Part shown: one piece after another, positions 20,936-32,995 of the stretch | How the letters are laid out: each line of letters starts with the position of its first letter | Numbering within the stretch: the first letter of the stretch is position 1 | Sequence record: SRR22947727_1919 | Strand: one strand, 5' to 3' | DNA: 53,028 nucleotides | Translations under genes and position numbers: made by a program | Notes under the pieces: model-generated | What the model was told of the DNA's origin: nothing | What the model saw: only the letters and a program-made list of their open reading frames with translations | The model's database searches: none

Positions 20936-22212
20936 CCGTGGTCGAATTTCAAGCACCCAAAGGAGTCCCGGAGTATTTCCCGCCGCGTTCGTCGGCGTTT
21001 CTCGCGGTACGGGAGGCCTTAGCGCATTCTGCTCGATGCGCCGGCTATGGATACATCGAGTTGCCGGTGTTTGAAGACACGTCGCTGTTTGTTCGGGGTG
21101 TGGGTGAAAGCACCGACGTGGTCAGCAAGGAGATGTACACCTTTCTCGATCGCGGAGGACGGTCCTTGTCACTGCGGCCGGAGGGTACGGCGGGAGTCAT
21201 GCGGTCGATCGTCGAGAACCGACTCGACAAGGGCGCATTACCGGTCAAACTCTGGTACGCCGGACCGTTCTTTCGCGCCGAGCGACCCCAGCATGGGCGC
21301 TACCGGCAACTGCAGCAGGTGGGCCTGGAGGCTGTGGGCAGCGATGATCCTGCGTTGGACGCGGAAGTCATCGCCGTCGCGGACGAGGGGTACCGACGCC
21401 TTGGCCTGCGCGCGTATCGCCTCGACCTCACGAGCCTTGGGTGCGCTGAGTGTCGTCCGGCGTACCGAGAGCAACTGATGGCCTTCCTCGAGCGGTGCGA
21501 TCTAGACGCCGCGACGCGCGAGCGTGCGGCGAGCAACCCGCTGCGGGTCCTGGACGACAAGCGGGAGTCCATCCAGGCGCAGTTGGCCGACGCGCCGGTG
21601 ATGGTGGATGCGTTGTGCGATGCATGCAGCACGCACTACGACACGGTCCGGGAGTTTCTGCGTGATGCTTCAGTGGAGTGGTCCGAGGCTCCGCGCCTGG
21701 TGCGTGGACTCGATTACTACACCCGAACGACGTTCGAGTTCACCCACGAGATGCTCGGCGCCCAGTCGGGAATCGGCGGGGGCGGTCGATACGACGGCTT
21801 GATGGAATCCCTCGGTGGCGCGCCGCTGTCGGGGATCGGGTTCGGCCTCGGCACCGATCGCACACTGCTGGCGTGCGAGGCGGAGGGCCTCGATGTAGCC
21901 GCCGACGGACTCGTCGACGTATTCGTTGTACCAATCGGCCCTGCTGCCCGTCGTGTGGCCGTGGGCGTCGCGGCGCAATTGCGCGGTGCCGGGATACGGG
22001 TCGACATGGCCTACGGTGATCGTGGGCTCAAGGGTTCGATGAAAGCCGCCGATCGGTCGGGGGCGCCGCTGGTTGTCATCGTCGGAAACGATGAGGTGCA
22101 ATCGGCGAACGCTCAGGTTAAGAACATGGCCGACGGTTCCCAAGAGACCGTCACCTTGGAGTCATTGGTAGCCGACGTGGGAGCACGTTTGTCACAGAAG
22201 GGCACGTTGTGA
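20932..22212 (+). CDS. hisS: Histidine--tRNA ligase
   Basis: [38 protein letters not shown]. Start could also be 20929 or 20938. Confidence 0.97.
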   Translation: MTVVEFQAPKGVPEYFPPRSSAFLAVREALAHSARCAGYGYIELPVFEDTSLFVRGVGESTDVVSKEMYTFLDRGGRSLSLRPEGTAGVMRSIVENRLDKGALPVKLWYAGPFFRAERPQHGRYRQLQQVGLEAVGSDDPALDAEVIAVADEGYRRLGLRAYRLDLTSLGCAECRPAYREQLMAFLERCDLDAATRERAASNPLRVLDDKRESIQAQLADAPVMVDALCDACSTHYDTVREFLRDASVEWSEAPRLVRGLDYYTRTTFEFTHEMLGAQSGIGGGGRYDGLMESLGGAPLSGIGFGLGTDRTLLACEAEGLDVAADGLVDVFVVPIGPAARRVAVGVAAQLRGAGIRVDMAYGDRGLKGSMKAADRSGAPLVVIVGNDEVQSANAQVKNMADGSQETVTLESLVADVGARLSQKGTL

Positions 22213-24032
22213 TCAGAACCGACTACGCCGGCGATATCCGCGAGACCGACGCTGGTCGCATCGTCACCCTTGCCGGATGGATCGCGTCCCGGCGTGACCA
22301 TGGCGGGGTCGCGTTCTTGGACCTGCGTGACGCCTCCGGTCGGGCCCAGGTCGTGGTGCGTGAGTCCGCGGTCGCGCACCCGCTCCGCGATGAGTTTTGC
22401 ATCCAGGTGACCGGTGAGGTGGCCATTCGGCCCGAGGGAAACGAGAATCCGGAACTGCCGACGGGTGCGGTGGAAGTCATCTCTGACGACCTGGTCGTCT
22501 TGTCGACGAGCGCCCCGCTGCCGTTCCCCATCGATGATCGGGTCACCATCAGTGATGAAGTCAGGCTGAAGCATCGTTACCTCGATCTACGTCGGACCAA
22601 GCCGGGTGACGCGATTCGTATGCGCTCGCGCGTTAATCAGGTAGCCCGCACGGCGCTCCTGGATCGCGGCTTCGTAGAGGTCGAAACCCCGACCCTCACC
22701 CGATCCACCCCCGAGGGAGCGCGAGATTTCCTCGTGCCCGTGCGCCTGCAGCCCGGCCACTGGTACGCGCTCCCGCAATCTCCCCAATTGTTCAAGCAGC
22801 TGCTGATGGTCGGCGGCATCGAGCGGTATTTCCAGATCGCTCGGTGTTACCGCGATGAAGATTTTCGCGCCGATCGCCAACCGGAATTCACCCAACTCGA
22901 CATCGAGATGAGCTTCGTCGAACAGCAGGACGTCATCGATGTCGGGGAGGCCGTCATTCGCGGCCTGTGGTCCGAGGTGGACGGATACGACATCGCGGAG
23001 ATACCCCGCATGACGTACGCCGATGCCATGAGTCGATTCGGAACCGACAAACCGGATCTGCGTTTCGGTCTCGAACTCGTCGAACTGACCGAGTATTTCG
23101 CCCAAACCCCGTTCCGTGTCTTCCAGGCCGACTACGTCGGCTGCGTCGTCATGCCGGGCGGGGCCGACCAGCCCCGTCGTCAATTCGACGCCTGGCAGGA
23201 ATGGGCCAAGCAGCGCGGCGCTAAGGGTCTGGCCTACGTCACCGTCGGCGACGACGGCACCCTCGGCGGGCCGGTGGCCAAAAACTTGAGTGAGGGGGAG
23301 CGAGACGGTCTCGTTGCCGCTGCCGGGGCGTCGCCTGGGGATGCCGTCTTCTTCGCGGCCGGGCGCGCCAGCGAGGCTCGGGCATTGCTGGGAGCTGCGC
23401 GAGTGGAGATCGCAGATCGGTTGTCCTTGATCGATACCAGCCAGTGGTCCTTCGTCTGGGTCGTCGACGCTCCCATGTTCGAGCAGGTGCAAGCAGACGA
23501 TGGAACGTGGGTGTGGACGGCGGTGCACCACCCGTTCACATCACCGAACGCCGAGTGGATCGAGACGTTCGATTCGCGCCCAGGCGAGGCCCTCGCCTGG
23601 GCCTATGACCTAGTTTGCAACGGCAACGAAATCGGTGGCGGGAGTATCCGTATTCACAAGCCCGATGTGCAGCGGCGCGTGTTCGACGTGCTCGGCCTTG
23701 AGGATGAAGAAGCCCGAGAGAAGTTCGGCTTCCTCCTCGACGCATTTGCCTACGGACCGCCACCCCACGGCGGCATCGCCTTCGGCTGGGATCGCATTTG
23801 CATGCTGCTCGCCGATGCCGACTCACTCCGCGACGTCATCGCATTCCCCAAGACCGGTGGCGGGCACGATCCGCTCACAGGAGCACCGACGCCGATCACG
23901 GCCGAACAGCGATTCGAAGCCGGTATCGATGTGGACCCCGAGTTGATGTCCGGCAAGAACGATGAAACGGCTGGGCAGAACGAGGCCGCCGGCGGGGATG
24001 AAGTAGAGGCGTCACCAGCCGGTGACGCGTAG
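22209..24032 (+). CDS. aspS: Aspartate--tRNA ligase, probably non-discriminating Asp/Asn type
   Basis: [64 protein letters not shown]. Confidence 0.97.
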   Translation: MIRTDYAGDIRETDAGRIVTLAGWIASRRDHGGVAFLDLRDASGRAQVVVRESAVAHPLRDEFCIQVTGEVAIRPEGNENPELPTGAVEVISDDLVVLSTSAPLPFPIDDRVTISDEVRLKHRYLDLRRTKPGDAIRMRSRVNQVARTALLDRGFVEVETPTLTRSTPEGARDFLVPVRLQPGHWYALPQSPQLFKQLLMVGGIERYFQIARCYRDEDFRADRQPEFTQLDIEMSFVEQQDVIDVGEAVIRGLWSEVDGYDIAEIPRMTYADAMSRFGTDKPDLRFGLELVELTEYFAQTPFRVFQADYVGCVVMPGGADQPRRQFDAWQEWAKQRGAKGLAYVTVGDDGTLGGPVAKNLSEGERDGLVAAAGASPGDAVFFAAGRASEARALLGAARVEIADRLSLIDTSQWSFVWVVDAPMFEQVQADDGTWVWTAVHHPFTSPNAEWIETFDSRPGEALAWAYDLVCNGNEIGGGSIRIHKPDVQRRVFDVLGLEDEEAREKFGFLLDAFAYGPPPHGGIAFGWDRICMLLADADSLRDVIAFPKTGGGHDPLTGAPTPITAEQRFEAGIDVDPELMSGKNDETAGQNEAAGGDEVEASPAGDA

Positions 24033-24044
24033 GCGGCCAGGGCC

Positions 24045-25376
24045 ATGACGCTGTTCGACGATCGGGATCGTGCCGATCGACCGAACGCACCACTCGCCGT
24101 CCGCATGCGACCGCGCACCGTCGATGAAGTGGTCGGGCAGGAATCGGCACTGGCGGAGGGGTCGCCACTGCGTTCACTGGTGACCGGGGGAGTGCGCGGA
24201 GCTGTGTCCGTCGTGCTGTGGGGGCCGCCGGGAACGGGAAAGACCACCCTCGCGACATTGGTCTCGCGCGAGTCCGGACGGGTGTTTACCGAGCTGTCCG
24301 CGGTAACGGCGGGTGTCAAAGATGTGCGGGCGGTTATCGACGACGCTCGAGAGCGTTTGCGATTGCACGACGTCGGAACCGTCCTCTTCGTCGACGAGGT
24401 GCACCGATTTAGCAAGAGCCAACAAGACGCCTTGTTGCCCGCCGTGGAGAACGGATGGGTCACGCTCATCGCCGCGACCACCGAGAACCCCAGTTTCTCG
24501 GTCATCGCGCCCTTGCTGTCCCGAAGCATCGTGGTGACCTTGCAACCGTTGACCGATGAGGGTCTCGAGATGGTGATTCGACGGGCGATCTCGCACGAAC
24601 GAGGCTTAGCCGACGAAGTGGCGGTCACCGACGAGGCGATCGCGTACCTGGTCCGTATTAGTGCCGGCGATGCCCGGCGCGGTCTCACCGCGCTGGATGC
24701 GGCACGTGCCGCGGCCGTCGGCCCCGACGCGAGCATCGACCTGGTTGCAGTGGAAGCCGCCGTCCAACATGCGGCCGTCCGGTACGACAAGGACGGCGAT
24801 CAGCACTATGACGTTGTCAGCGCCTTCATCAAGAGCGTGCGCGGTAGCGATCCCGATGCTGCCCTGCACTACCTCGCCCGCATGCTCGAAGCCGGCGAGG
24901 ATCCACGCTTCATCGCACGCCGGCTGATGATTTTGGCGAGCGAGGACGTCGGATTGGCCGACCCGACCGTGCTGGTGACAACAACGGCCGCCGCACAGTC
25001 TGTGGCGATGATCGGAATGCCCGAAGCCCGAATAGTCCTCGCCCACGCGACCGTTCACGCGGCGCTCGCGCCCAAGTCCAACGCGGTCTTCCGGGGTATC
25101 GAGTCGGCGATAGCCGACGTGAAGAACGCGAATATCGGCTCGGTCCCGGCGAACCTGCGGGACGCTCACTACCCGCAAGCGGCCTCGCTGGGACACGGCA
25201 ACGACTACGTCTATCCCCACGATGTCCCCGGAGGCGTCGCCGAGGCGCAGTACCTGCCGTCGGAGTTGCGTGGAGCTAGGTACTACGAACCGACCGACCA
25301 TGGAGCCGAAGCCAAGTGGGGCGAGATCGCCCGGCGCCTTCACCAGCGTCGGGAGGGTGGATCAGTCGACGCATAG
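24045..25376 (+). CDS. rarA: Replication-associated recombination protein A (RarA/MgsA)
   Basis: [54 protein letters not shown]. Confidence 0.96.
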   Translation: MTLFDDRDRADRPNAPLAVRMRPRTVDEVVGQESALAEGSPLRSLVTGGVRGAVSVVLWGPPGTGKTTLATLVSRESGRVFTELSAVTAGVKDVRAVIDDARERLRLHDVGTVLFVDEVHRFSKSQQDALLPAVENGWVTLIAATTENPSFSVIAPLLSRSIVVTLQPLTDEGLEMVIRRAISHERGLADEVAVTDEAIAYLVRISAGDARRGLTALDAARAAAVGPDASIDLVAVEAAVQHAAVRYDKDGDQHYDVVSAFIKSVRGSDPDAALHYLARMLEAGEDPRFIARRLMILASEDVGLADPTVLVTTTAAAQSVAMIGMPEARIVLAHATVHAALAPKSNAVFRGIESAIADVKNANIGSVPANLRDAHYPQAASLGHGNDYVYPHDVPGGVAEAQYLPSELRGARYYEPTDHGAEAKWGEIARRLHQRREGGSVDA

Positions 25377-25386
25377 GCTGTGACTT

Positions 25387-25647
25387 GTGCGACGACTTGT
25401 ATGGACCGCCATCGGTGCAGCCGGGGGAATCTGGGCGTACCGCAAGGGCAGCGAGTGGCTCGACCAGGCCCGCGAGCAAGGCGTGGCGGTCACGATCCAG
25501 CAGGCGGCGCTGAATACGACCCAGGCCGCGCATCGACTCTCTGCCGTGGTCGCTGAACGCGGACAACAGACAGGACGCGGGCAGCAAGCAGATCCAGGAC
25601 AACCGACACCACGGGTGGACGGCGGCCATCCCGGAGGTCGGAACTGA
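25387..25647 (+). CDS. Small N-terminally anchored protein conserved upstream of alaS in actinobacteria
   Basis: MRRLVWTAIGAAGGIWAYRK N-terminus. TGATG overlap with alaS. -10 TAGGCT 7 nt upstream. Confidence 0.7.
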   Translation: MRRLVWTAIGAAGGIWAYRKGSEWLDQAREQGVAVTIQQAALNTTQAAHRLSAVVAERGQQTGRGQQADPGQPTPRVDGGHPGGRN

Positions 25648-28319
25648 TGGAGTCCGCGGAGATCCGGACGCGATTTCTGAACTTCTTCGCCGACAACGGT
25701 CACGAGATCGTGCCCTCGGCCTCGCTACTGCTGGACGACCCGACGCTGCTGTTCGTCAACGCCGGCATGGTGCCTTTCAAGCCATACTTCCTCGGCGAAG
25801 CGCCTCCGCCGTATCCCCGCGCGACCAGCGTGCAGAAGGTGGTGCGCACCTTGGACATCGAAGAGGTGGGCAAGACCACGCGTCACGCGTCGTTCTTCCA
25901 AATGGCTGGCAACTTCTCCTTCGGTGACTACTTCAAGGAAGGGGCGATTCCCTTCGCGTGGGAGTTGCTGACCAAGCCGGTCGCCGACGGTGGCTATGGA
26001 TTCGATGAGTCTCGACTATGGGTCACGGTGTATCTCGACGACGACGAGGCCATCGATATTTGGCACCGGGATGTGGGTCTTCCGTTAGACCGCATTCAGC
26101 GACGGGGGCAGGTGGACAACTACTGGTCTATGGGGGTTCCTGGGCCGTGCGGACCCTGTTCAGAGATCTACTACGACCGAGGGCCCGACTACGGCATCGA
26201 GGGAGGCCCTATTGCCGATGAGAACCGCTACCTCGAAGTGTGGAACCTGGTCTTCATGCAATTCGAGCGAGGTGCAGGTCCGGCAAAAGAGGACTACCCG
26301 ATTTTGAACGAGCTTCCGAACAAGAACATCGACACCGGGATGGGGCTCGAACGAATGGCCGCCCTGCTGCAGGGCGTCAACAACATCTACGAGATCGACA
26401 CAACGCGAAGCATCCTGGACACTGCGAGCGAGTTGACGGGAGCCTGGTACGGAACATCCGAACGCGACGATGTCGCGCTTCGGGTCGTCGCCGACCACGC
26501 CCGAACCTGCACTTTCCTGATCAGTGACGGCGTAGTGCCGGGCAACGAGGGTCGGGGGTACGTGCTCCGACGTTTGATGCGACGGGTGATTCGCAACATG
26601 CGCATCCTAGGAGCCGGAGAGCCGACGATGTCGCAACTGATCGATGCGACGGTCCACGCCATGGCGCCTCAGTACCCGGAGTTGAACGACGAGGCCGAGC
26701 GGATCCGCAGCGTTGCCATCGGGGAGGAATCCACGTTCGAGACGACGTTGCGCACCGGAACCGTCCTGTTCGAAACAGTGGTCGCCGAGACCAAGCAGTC
26801 CGGGTCCGCAGTGTTGTCTGGCGAGCAGGCGTTCTCCCTTCATGACACCTACGGCTTCCCGATCGATCTCACCCTCGAGATGGCCACCGAGCAAGGCCTG
26901 GAGGTAGATGAAGAGGGCTTCCGCACCCTCATGGCGCAACAGCGGGAGCGAGCGAAAGCCGACGCAACCGCTCGCAAGAGCGGTTTCGCCGCGACCACCG
27001 CGTACCGGGACGTCCTCGAACGCGACGGATCGACGTCGTTCGTCGGGTACGACGAGGTCACAACCGAATCGGTCGTCGTGGGCATCGTGACCGACGGCGA
27101 GACCGCACCCGTCGTGGCAGCAGGGCAACACGCGGAAGTCATCGTGGACCGGACGCCTTTCTACGCCGAGGCCGGTGGGCAACTCGGGGACCACGGTTTG
27201 ATCACCACGGCCGACGGATCGCTCTTCGAGGTGTACGACGTTCAGTCGCCGGTTCCCGGGCTATTCGTTCACCGTGGGGAAGTACGCCAGGGACAGATCA
27301 CGCAGGGTGACGCCGTCCTCGCTCAGGTCGACGTGCACCGCCGCAAAGCAATCTCGCGGGCGCACACCGCCACCCACATGATTCACCGAGCATTCCGAGA
27401 GCAGCTGGGTGAGACCGCCACCCAAATGGGATCGGAGAACGCTCCCGGAAGGTTGCGGTTCGACTTTCCCAGTCCCGAACCGGTTTCGGGGTCGGTCCTG
27501 CGGGACGTCGAGGCGCGTGTCAACGAGTTGCTGATCGAAGACCTCGAGGTTCAGGCACAACTGATGACGCAGGATCAAGCACGGGCGATGGGCGCGATGG
27601 CGTTGTTCGGTGAGAAGTACGGATCTGAGGTCCGCGTTATCTCCGTCGGCGACTGGGCTCACGAACTCTGCGGGGGGACCCACGCGCAGCGCTCGGGTCA
27701 ACTGGGAGTTGTGTCGTTCCTGTCCGAAGGATCCATTGGAGCCGGGATCCGACGGGTGGAGGCGCTTGTCGGCGTGGACGCTTACCAGCATCTCGCCGCT
27801 GAACATCTGCTCGTGCAGCAGTTGTCGGACCTGGTTAGGGCGCCACGTGACGAGGTGATCTCTCGCGTGGAGCGCACGATCGCCTCGTTGAAGGATGTCG
27901 AACGTGAGCTGGCGCGGTTCAAGTCCGCCGACCTGCTGTCCAGCGCCGAATCGCTGATGGGTGAGGGTGTCGATGTCTTAGGGATTCGACTGTGGACCTT
28001 CCAGGCGCCCGACGGCGTGGCAGGCAAGGAGTTACGCGAACTGGCCCAGCACGCGAAATCTCGGGCGCCGGCGGATCTTGCCGGCGTGTACGTCGGAGCG
28101 GCTGTCGCCGACGGAACCACGGCGCTCGTGGTCGCCTGCACCCCGGCGGCGATCGCGGCGGGAATCCGCGCGGGCGACGTGATGACCACGGTGACCGAGC
28201 GCATGGGTGGCCGCGGTGGCGGCAAAAACGATATGGCACAGGGCGGGGGAGGAGACCCAACCCAGATCGAGGCCGCCTTCGCCGACGTCGGCGTCGCGAT
28301 CGGTCGCGCACGGGGGTAG
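25647..28319 (+). CDS. alaS: Alanine--tRNA ligase
   Basis: DPTLLFVNAGM, GNFSFGDYFK, GPCGPCSEI, IDTGMGLER, editing HTATH and ELCGGTH, GGGK..MAQGGG. Confidence 0.98.
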   Translation: MESAEIRTRFLNFFADNGHEIVPSASLLLDDPTLLFVNAGMVPFKPYFLGEAPPPYPRATSVQKVVRTLDIEEVGKTTRHASFFQMAGNFSFGDYFKEGAIPFAWELLTKPVADGGYGFDESRLWVTVYLDDDEAIDIWHRDVGLPLDRIQRRGQVDNYWSMGVPGPCGPCSEIYYDRGPDYGIEGGPIADENRYLEVWNLVFMQFERGAGPAKEDYPILNELPNKNIDTGMGLERMAALLQGVNNIYEIDTTRSILDTASELTGAWYGTSERDDVALRVVADHARTCTFLISDGVVPGNEGRGYVLRRLMRRVIRNMRILGAGEPTMSQLIDATVHAMAPQYPELNDEAERIRSVAIGEESTFETTLRTGTVLFETVVAETKQSGSAVLSGEQAFSLHDTYGFPIDLTLEMATEQGLEVDEEGFRTLMAQQRERAKADATARKSGFAATTAYRDVLERDGSTSFVGYDEVTTESVVVGIVTDGETAPVVAAGQHAEVIVDRTPFYAEAGGQLGDHGLITTADGSLFEVYDVQSPVPGLFVHRGEVRQGQITQGDAVLAQVDVHRRKAISRAHTATHMIHRAFREQLGETATQMGSENAPGRLRFDFPSPEPVSGSVLRDVEARVNELLIEDLEVQAQLMTQDQARAMGAMALFGEKYGSEVRVISVGDWAHELCGGTHAQRSGQLGVVSFLSEGSIGAGIRRVEALVGVDAYQHLAAEHLLVQQLSDLVRAPRDEVISRVERTIASLKDVERELARFKSADLLSSAESLMGEGVDVLGIRLWTFQAPDGVAGKELRELAQHAKSRAPADLAGVYVGAAVADGTTALVVACTPAAIAAGIRAGDVMTTVTERMGGRGGGKNDMAQGGGGDPTQIEAAFADVGVAIGRARG

Positions 28320-28335
28320 GAGGTCGACCACACCA

Positions 28336-28776
28336 ATGCGACGCGGACGCCGAATAGCCCTCGATCCGGGATCCGTCCGGATCGGTGTCGCCGTGTGTGA
28401 CCCCGACGGAATCTTGGCCAGCCCGCAAGAACCCGTCTCCGCCGACGACGGTCCGGCCCTGAGGGAACTCATCGCTGAGGTGGAGCCGATCGAGATCGTG
28501 ATCGGGCTGCCACGGGGCCTCGACGGCAACGAGGGGGCAGCGGCCCATGCAGCAAGAAGCTTCGCTTCCGATATTGCATCAGCAGTGGATTTCCCCGTCC
28601 GTTTAGTCGATGAACGGCTTTCGACCGTGCAAGCCCAGCGTGGCTTCCACGATCAAGGCCTCTCGATACGACAGAGTCGAGACATGATCGACAGCGCCGC
28701 CGCGTCCGTCGTTCTCCAGCATGCTCTCGATGCCGAGAAGTCGACCGGACAACCTCCCGGCGAGGTTCTCCCATGA
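28336..28776 (+). CDS. ruvX: RuvX/YqgF pre-16S rRNA nuclease
   Basis: ALDPGSVRIGVAVCD, VIGLP, VDERLST, IDSAAA. Confidence 0.95.
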   Translation: MRRGRRIALDPGSVRIGVAVCDPDGILASPQEPVSADDGPALRELIAEVEPIEIVIGLPRGLDGNEGAAAHAARSFASDIASAVDFPVRLVDERLSTVQAQRGFHDQGLSIRQSRDMIDSAAASVVLQHALDAEKSTGQPPGEVLP

Positions 28777-29879
28777 CGCAGGTCGACGAGTTTTTCAGCG
28801 AAGCGGACCAGCTGCCGCCATCGCGAAACGCATCGAGTTGGGCGCGGCGAATCACCGGAATCGCCGTGCTGCTCGCGGTTGCCGCGCTCGCGTGGGGAAC
28901 GTGGTCCTTCATTTCCGGCGTCACCAGCGGGCCAACGGCCCAGGATGACTACGCCGGCGACGGCACCGGGCAGGTCGAAATCATCGTCGCGCGGGGAGAC
29001 ACCTTGACCGCGATTGGCCAAATCCTGCAGGAGGCGGGCGTCGTGCTGTCCGTCCAGTCCTTCGTTGATGCAGCTGAAGCGAACGAAGAGGCCGCATTCA
29101 TTGGCCCCGGGAAGTACACCCTGCGACGCCAGATGAGTGGATCCAGCGCGGTGATTTTGATGCTCGACCCGGCGTCCCGAGCAGACAGTCGATTGGTGCT
29201 TCCCGAAGGTCTTCGACTACCCCAGACCGTCGACATCGCTGCAGAGTCGTCTTCACTGCCGCGCTCGGAGTTCGATCAGGTCCTGGACAACCCGGGAGTG
29301 CTGCCCCTTCCGTCGTGGGCAGAGCAGCGGCCCGAAGGCTTCATGTTCCCCGCCACGTACAACCTCGCCGGCGACGAAACCGCAGAACAGATCTTGTCGA
29401 GTCTGGTGGAGAGGTTCGATGAGTCGGCGCAATCGCTCGATCTCGTGGCACGCGCGGAGGAAATTGAACGAACCCCGTATGAGGTGCTCATCGTCGCCTC
29501 ACTGGTGCAGGCCGAGGTGCTTCCAGAGGACATGCGTAAAGCCGCTGCAGTCGTGTACAACCGCCTGGATGACGGTATGCCGTTGCAATTCGACTCGACG
29601 GTCTCCTATGCCCTCGGCATTACCGAACTCCAACTCTCGGCTGACCAGCTGGAAACGGAATCGGAATACAACACGTACCAAAACACCGGTCTCCCGCCGA
29701 CTCCCATCAACTCACCGGGTGAGGCCGCGTTGGAGGCGGCGCTCGATCCGGCCAAGGCCAAGTGGCTGTACTTCGTCACGGTCAACCCCGACACCCGGGA
29801 AACGAAGTTCGCCCGCGACTACGACCGATTCCTGAAACTCAAGTCTCAGTTGCAGGAGTACCTCGCGGAGAACGGTTAA
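28773..29879 (+). CDS. mltG: Endolytic transglycosylase MltG
   Basis: TM anchor, LPEGL, EGFMFPATY, ASLVQAE, YNTYQNTGLPPTPINSPG, WLYFV. Confidence 0.95.
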   Translation: MTQVDEFFSEADQLPPSRNASSWARRITGIAVLLAVAALAWGTWSFISGVTSGPTAQDDYAGDGTGQVEIIVARGDTLTAIGQILQEAGVVLSVQSFVDAAEANEEAAFIGPGKYTLRRQMSGSSAVILMLDPASRADSRLVLPEGLRLPQTVDIAAESSSLPRSEFDQVLDNPGVLPLPSWAEQRPEGFMFPATYNLAGDETAEQILSSLVERFDESAQSLDLVARAEEIERTPYEVLIVASLVQAEVLPEDMRKAAAVVYNRLDDGMPLQFDSTVSYALGITELQLSADQLETESEYNTYQNTGLPPTPINSPGEAALEAALDPAKAKWLYFVTVNPDTRETKFARDYDRFLKLKSQLQEYLAENG

Positions 29880-30721
29880 TGCGCCGCGCCGCCGTTCTGG
29901 GCTCGCCGATATCTCACACTCGCTCTCCGGATCTGCATCGCGCGGCCTACGCCGAACTGGGCCTGGATTGGACGTACGACGCGATCGAGTGCAACGACCG
30001 TGACTTCGCTGCGTTCTTCGCCGGTCTTGACGAGCAATGGCGGGGGCTGAGCTTGACGATGCCGTTGAAGGAAGTCGTTCTTGATGTCGTTGAGGATGTG
30101 GATGATCGAGCGCGCCGGGTGCATTCCGCAAACACCGTTTGGCGAACAGCCGACTCGTCATCGTGGCGGGCCACCAACACCGACATCCCCGGAATCTGTT
30201 CCGCGCTTGGCGATGTCGGTGTCGACCGTCTCGAGCGGGTTCGGATTCTGGGAGCAGGTGCGACTGCGCGCAGCGCCGTGGCGGCGGTGGCCGAGATGGG
30301 GGCGGTGAGCATCGTCGTTCATGCCCGCCGACCAGAGGCTGCCGACGAGGTGGTCCGCCTGGCTCGCGACCTAGGTTGTTCCAGCCGCGGCGCAGATTTG
30401 GACGTGCAGTGGGGTGAGGACGATCTGCTCATCAGCACCCTGCCGGCCGACGCGGGAGCCCCGTGGGCCGCGGCCCTGGACGCCGACCGGATCGGCCACA
30501 CCGCGCTCTTGGACGCCAGCTACCACCCGTGGCCGACCCCGCTGGCTCAGGCGTGGGCTCGCCACGCCCCCGTAGCACCCGTGGCCAGCGGGCGAGACAT
30601 GCTCTTGTGGCAAGCGGTGGACCAAGTCCGCTTGATGACCGGTGCCGTGACCGATGCGAATCTGGCCCGGGTCGCTCAGGTGATGCGCAGCGCGCTATCC
30701 ACAGATGGAAGTAGTCCCTAG
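29879..30721 (+). CDS. aroE: Shikimate dehydrogenase
   Basis: TAATG overlap. VLGSPISHTRSP, SLTMPLK, NTD, LGAGATARS. Confidence 0.94.
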   Translation: MRRAAVLGSPISHTRSPDLHRAAYAELGLDWTYDAIECNDRDFAAFFAGLDEQWRGLSLTMPLKEVVLDVVEDVDDRARRVHSANTVWRTADSSSWRATNTDIPGICSALGDVGVDRLERVRILGAGATARSAVAAVAEMGAVSIVVHARRPEAADEVVRLARDLGCSSRGADLDVQWGEDDLLISTLPADAGAPWAAALDADRIGHTALLDASYHPWPTPLAQAWARHAPVAPVASGRDMLLWQAVDQVRLMTGAVTDANLARVAQVMRSALSTDGSSP

Positions 30722-30754
30722 CGCTCGGACACGTCGAGTTTCTACCGTCGCATC

Positions 30755-31243
30755 GTGGAGGGGACTCTCGGCGAGAAGGCCACGACGATTGTCCTGTGGT
30801 TGTGGTTCATCGGGTGGGCCTTCGAGCTCGCCCGGATCGATATTCGAGAGCATCGATTGCCCAACCGGATGGTTGCCGTGTGTTTCGCTGGGTGCGTCAT
30901 TGCGTCCCTCATGCATGCCATCGTGGTCGCAGACTTCACCGCACTAGTGACGCCTGCCATCGCCAGCCTTGCCGCGGCGACGTGTTTCGTCATCGGGCAC
31001 GTGAGCGGCGGCATCGGGATGGGGGATGTCAAGTTCGCTCTCGTGACTGGCTGGATGCTGGGAACAATTGGCTGGAGCGCAGTCTGGTGGGGGCACGTCG
31101 TCGCTTTCGTCATCGCGGGTGTCGTAGTGGCCGGTGGGTGGCTCCTGGGCGGGTGGCGGCGAGACCGTCCCATCGCGTTCGGACCCTTCATGGGCCTCGG
31201 CGTCATCGTTGCCGGTGCTGCCGCACTCGGATCAGTCGGCTGA
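30755..31243 (+). CDS. A24 family prepilin-type peptidase
   Basis: IDIREHRLPN and GMGDVK catalytic aspartates, IAFGPFM, hydrophobic. Confidence 0.88.
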   Translation: MEGTLGEKATTIVLWLWFIGWAFELARIDIREHRLPNRMVAVCFAGCVIASLMHAIVVADFTALVTPAIASLAAATCFVIGHVSGGIGMGDVKFALVTGWMLGTIGWSAVWWGHVVAFVIAGVVVAGGWLLGGWRRDRPIAFGPFMGLGVIVAGAAALGSVG

Positions 31244-31301
31244 CTTCGCGCCGGACGGAGGTGCGGGAGAGGGTGATGCCGTTACCTGACAGACTTCGAC
31301 C

Positions 31302-32477
31302 ATGATCCGATGGCTTACGGCGGGTGAATCACACGGGCAGGCCCTCACGGGGATCGTGGAGGGAATCCCGGCCCATGTTGAGGTGTCCAGTAGGGACATC
31401 GGGCATGACCTCGCCCGGCGTCGACTGGGTGCGGGCCGTGGCGCACGCATGAAATTCGAGGCCGACGCCGTGCGAATCCTCGGCGGCGTGCGGCATGGAA
31501 GGACCCTGGGTGCCCCCATCGCCATCGAGGTCGGGAACTCGGAGTGGCCGAAGTGGGACAAGATCATGTCGGCCGATCCGGTACCCGCGGAAGAAATCGC
31601 CGACCTGGCGCGCAATGCACCCCTCACGCGACCACGGCCGGGGCATGCAGACCTGGTGGGAATGCAGAAGTACGGCTTCGACGACGCCCGCCCCGTCTTA
31701 GAACGTGCCAGTGCCCGAGAAACAGCCGCCCGAGTTGCTCTCGGCGCGGTGGCCCGAGCCATGCTGCGCCAGGTAGCCGATGTGCAGGTCATCAGCCACG
31801 TTGTGCGCATCGGAACCGTGGAGGCGCCAGCATCGAGTGTTCCGGGACCGGCAGATGGCGACACCATCGACGCCGATCCGGTTCGCTGCCTCGATGAAGC
31901 GGCATCAGCTGCGATGGAAGAGGAGATCGCCCAAGCTCATAAGGACGGCGACACTTTGGGTGGCGTCGTGGAAGTGGTGGTGCACGGACTGCCCCCGGGC
32001 CTGGGATCACATGTCCACTGGGACCGTCGCATAGATGCGCGGCTGGCTGCGGCGCTGATGGGAATTCAGGCAATCAAGGGTGTTGAGGTCGGTGATGGCT
32101 TCACCTTGGCGGCCACTCGCGGATCCAAGGCTCAAGACGAAATCGTTAACGACGGTGGCCTGACCCGCACATCAGGACGTTCTGGTGGCACCGAAGGGGG
32201 CATGACGACGGGGGAGGTGCTGCGGGTGCGCGCCGCGATGAAGCCCATCTCGACCATTCCCCGAGCCCTGGCGACCGTCGATGTATCCACCGGAGAAGCC
32301 TCGCAGGCGATCAACCAACGATCCGACGTGTGCGCCGTGCCCGCCGCCGGCGTGGTCGCTGAGGCCATGGTGTTGCTCACCCTGGCTGATGCCTTCGCGG
32401 AGAAGTTCGGCGGGGATAGCGCCGATGAAATGGCGCGCAACCTTCAGGCCTATCTGGACAACCTGGCGATCCGCTGA
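31302..32477 (+). CDS. aroC: Chorismate synthase
   Basis: [42 protein letters not shown]. Confidence 0.98.
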   Translation: MIRWLTAGESHGQALTGIVEGIPAHVEVSSRDIGHDLARRRLGAGRGARMKFEADAVRILGGVRHGRTLGAPIAIEVGNSEWPKWDKIMSADPVPAEEIADLARNAPLTRPRPGHADLVGMQKYGFDDARPVLERASARETAARVALGAVARAMLRQVADVQVISHVVRIGTVEAPASSVPGPADGDTIDADPVRCLDEAASAAMEEEIAQAHKDGDTLGGVVEVVVHGLPPGLGSHVHWDRRIDARLAAALMGIQAIKGVEVGDGFTLAATRGSKAQDEIVNDGGLTRTSGRSGGTEGGMTTGEVLRVRAAMKPISTIPRALATVDVSTGEASQAINQRSDVCAVPAAGVVAEAMVLLTLADAFAEKFGGDSADEMARNLQAYLDNLAIR

Positions 32478-32995
32478 TGGCACCCCGAGCGATCATCATT
32501 GGAGCACCCGGGGCAGGCAAGACGAGCGTGGGGCGGCGAGTAGCCGACCGTTTGGGCGTGCCATTCCATGACAGCGATGCCGCGATCCAGAAGCGGGCCG
32601 GTAAGCCTGTGTCCGACATCTTTCTCTCGGACGGCGAGGCCGAGTTTCGGCGCCTCGAACGTGAGGTGATCGCCGAGTCCCTTCGGGATGCCGACGGTGT
32701 CCTGTCCGTGGGTGGCGGCGCTGTCCTCGACGCAGAAACGCGTGAGGCCTTTTCACGCCACACTGTTGTCTGGCTCGAAGTGGACCTCGCCAGCGCCACG
32801 AAGAGAGTAGGCATGAACAGCGCACGTCCACTCCTGATGGGAAACGTGCGCGGGACCATGGCGACGATGCTCAACGAGCGCACACCCCTTTATCAAGAGG
32901 TCGCGACCGTCACCGTCGACACCAGTGGACGACCGTTGAAAGAAGTCGTCAATGACGTGGTCGAGGAGCTCAAGCGCGTCGGGACACCGTCGTGA
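32477..32995 (+). CDS. aroK: Shikimate kinase
   Basis: GAPGAGKTSVG, GEAEFRRLE, SVGGGAV, RPLL. Confidence 0.96.
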   Translation: MAPRAIIIGAPGAGKTSVGRRVADRLGVPFHDSDAAIQKRAGKPVSDIFLSDGEAEFRRLEREVIAESLRDADGVLSVGGGAVLDAETREAFSRHTVVWLEVDLASATKRVGMNSARPLLMGNVRGTMATMLNERTPLYQEVATVTVDTSGRPLKEVVNDVVEELKRVGTPS

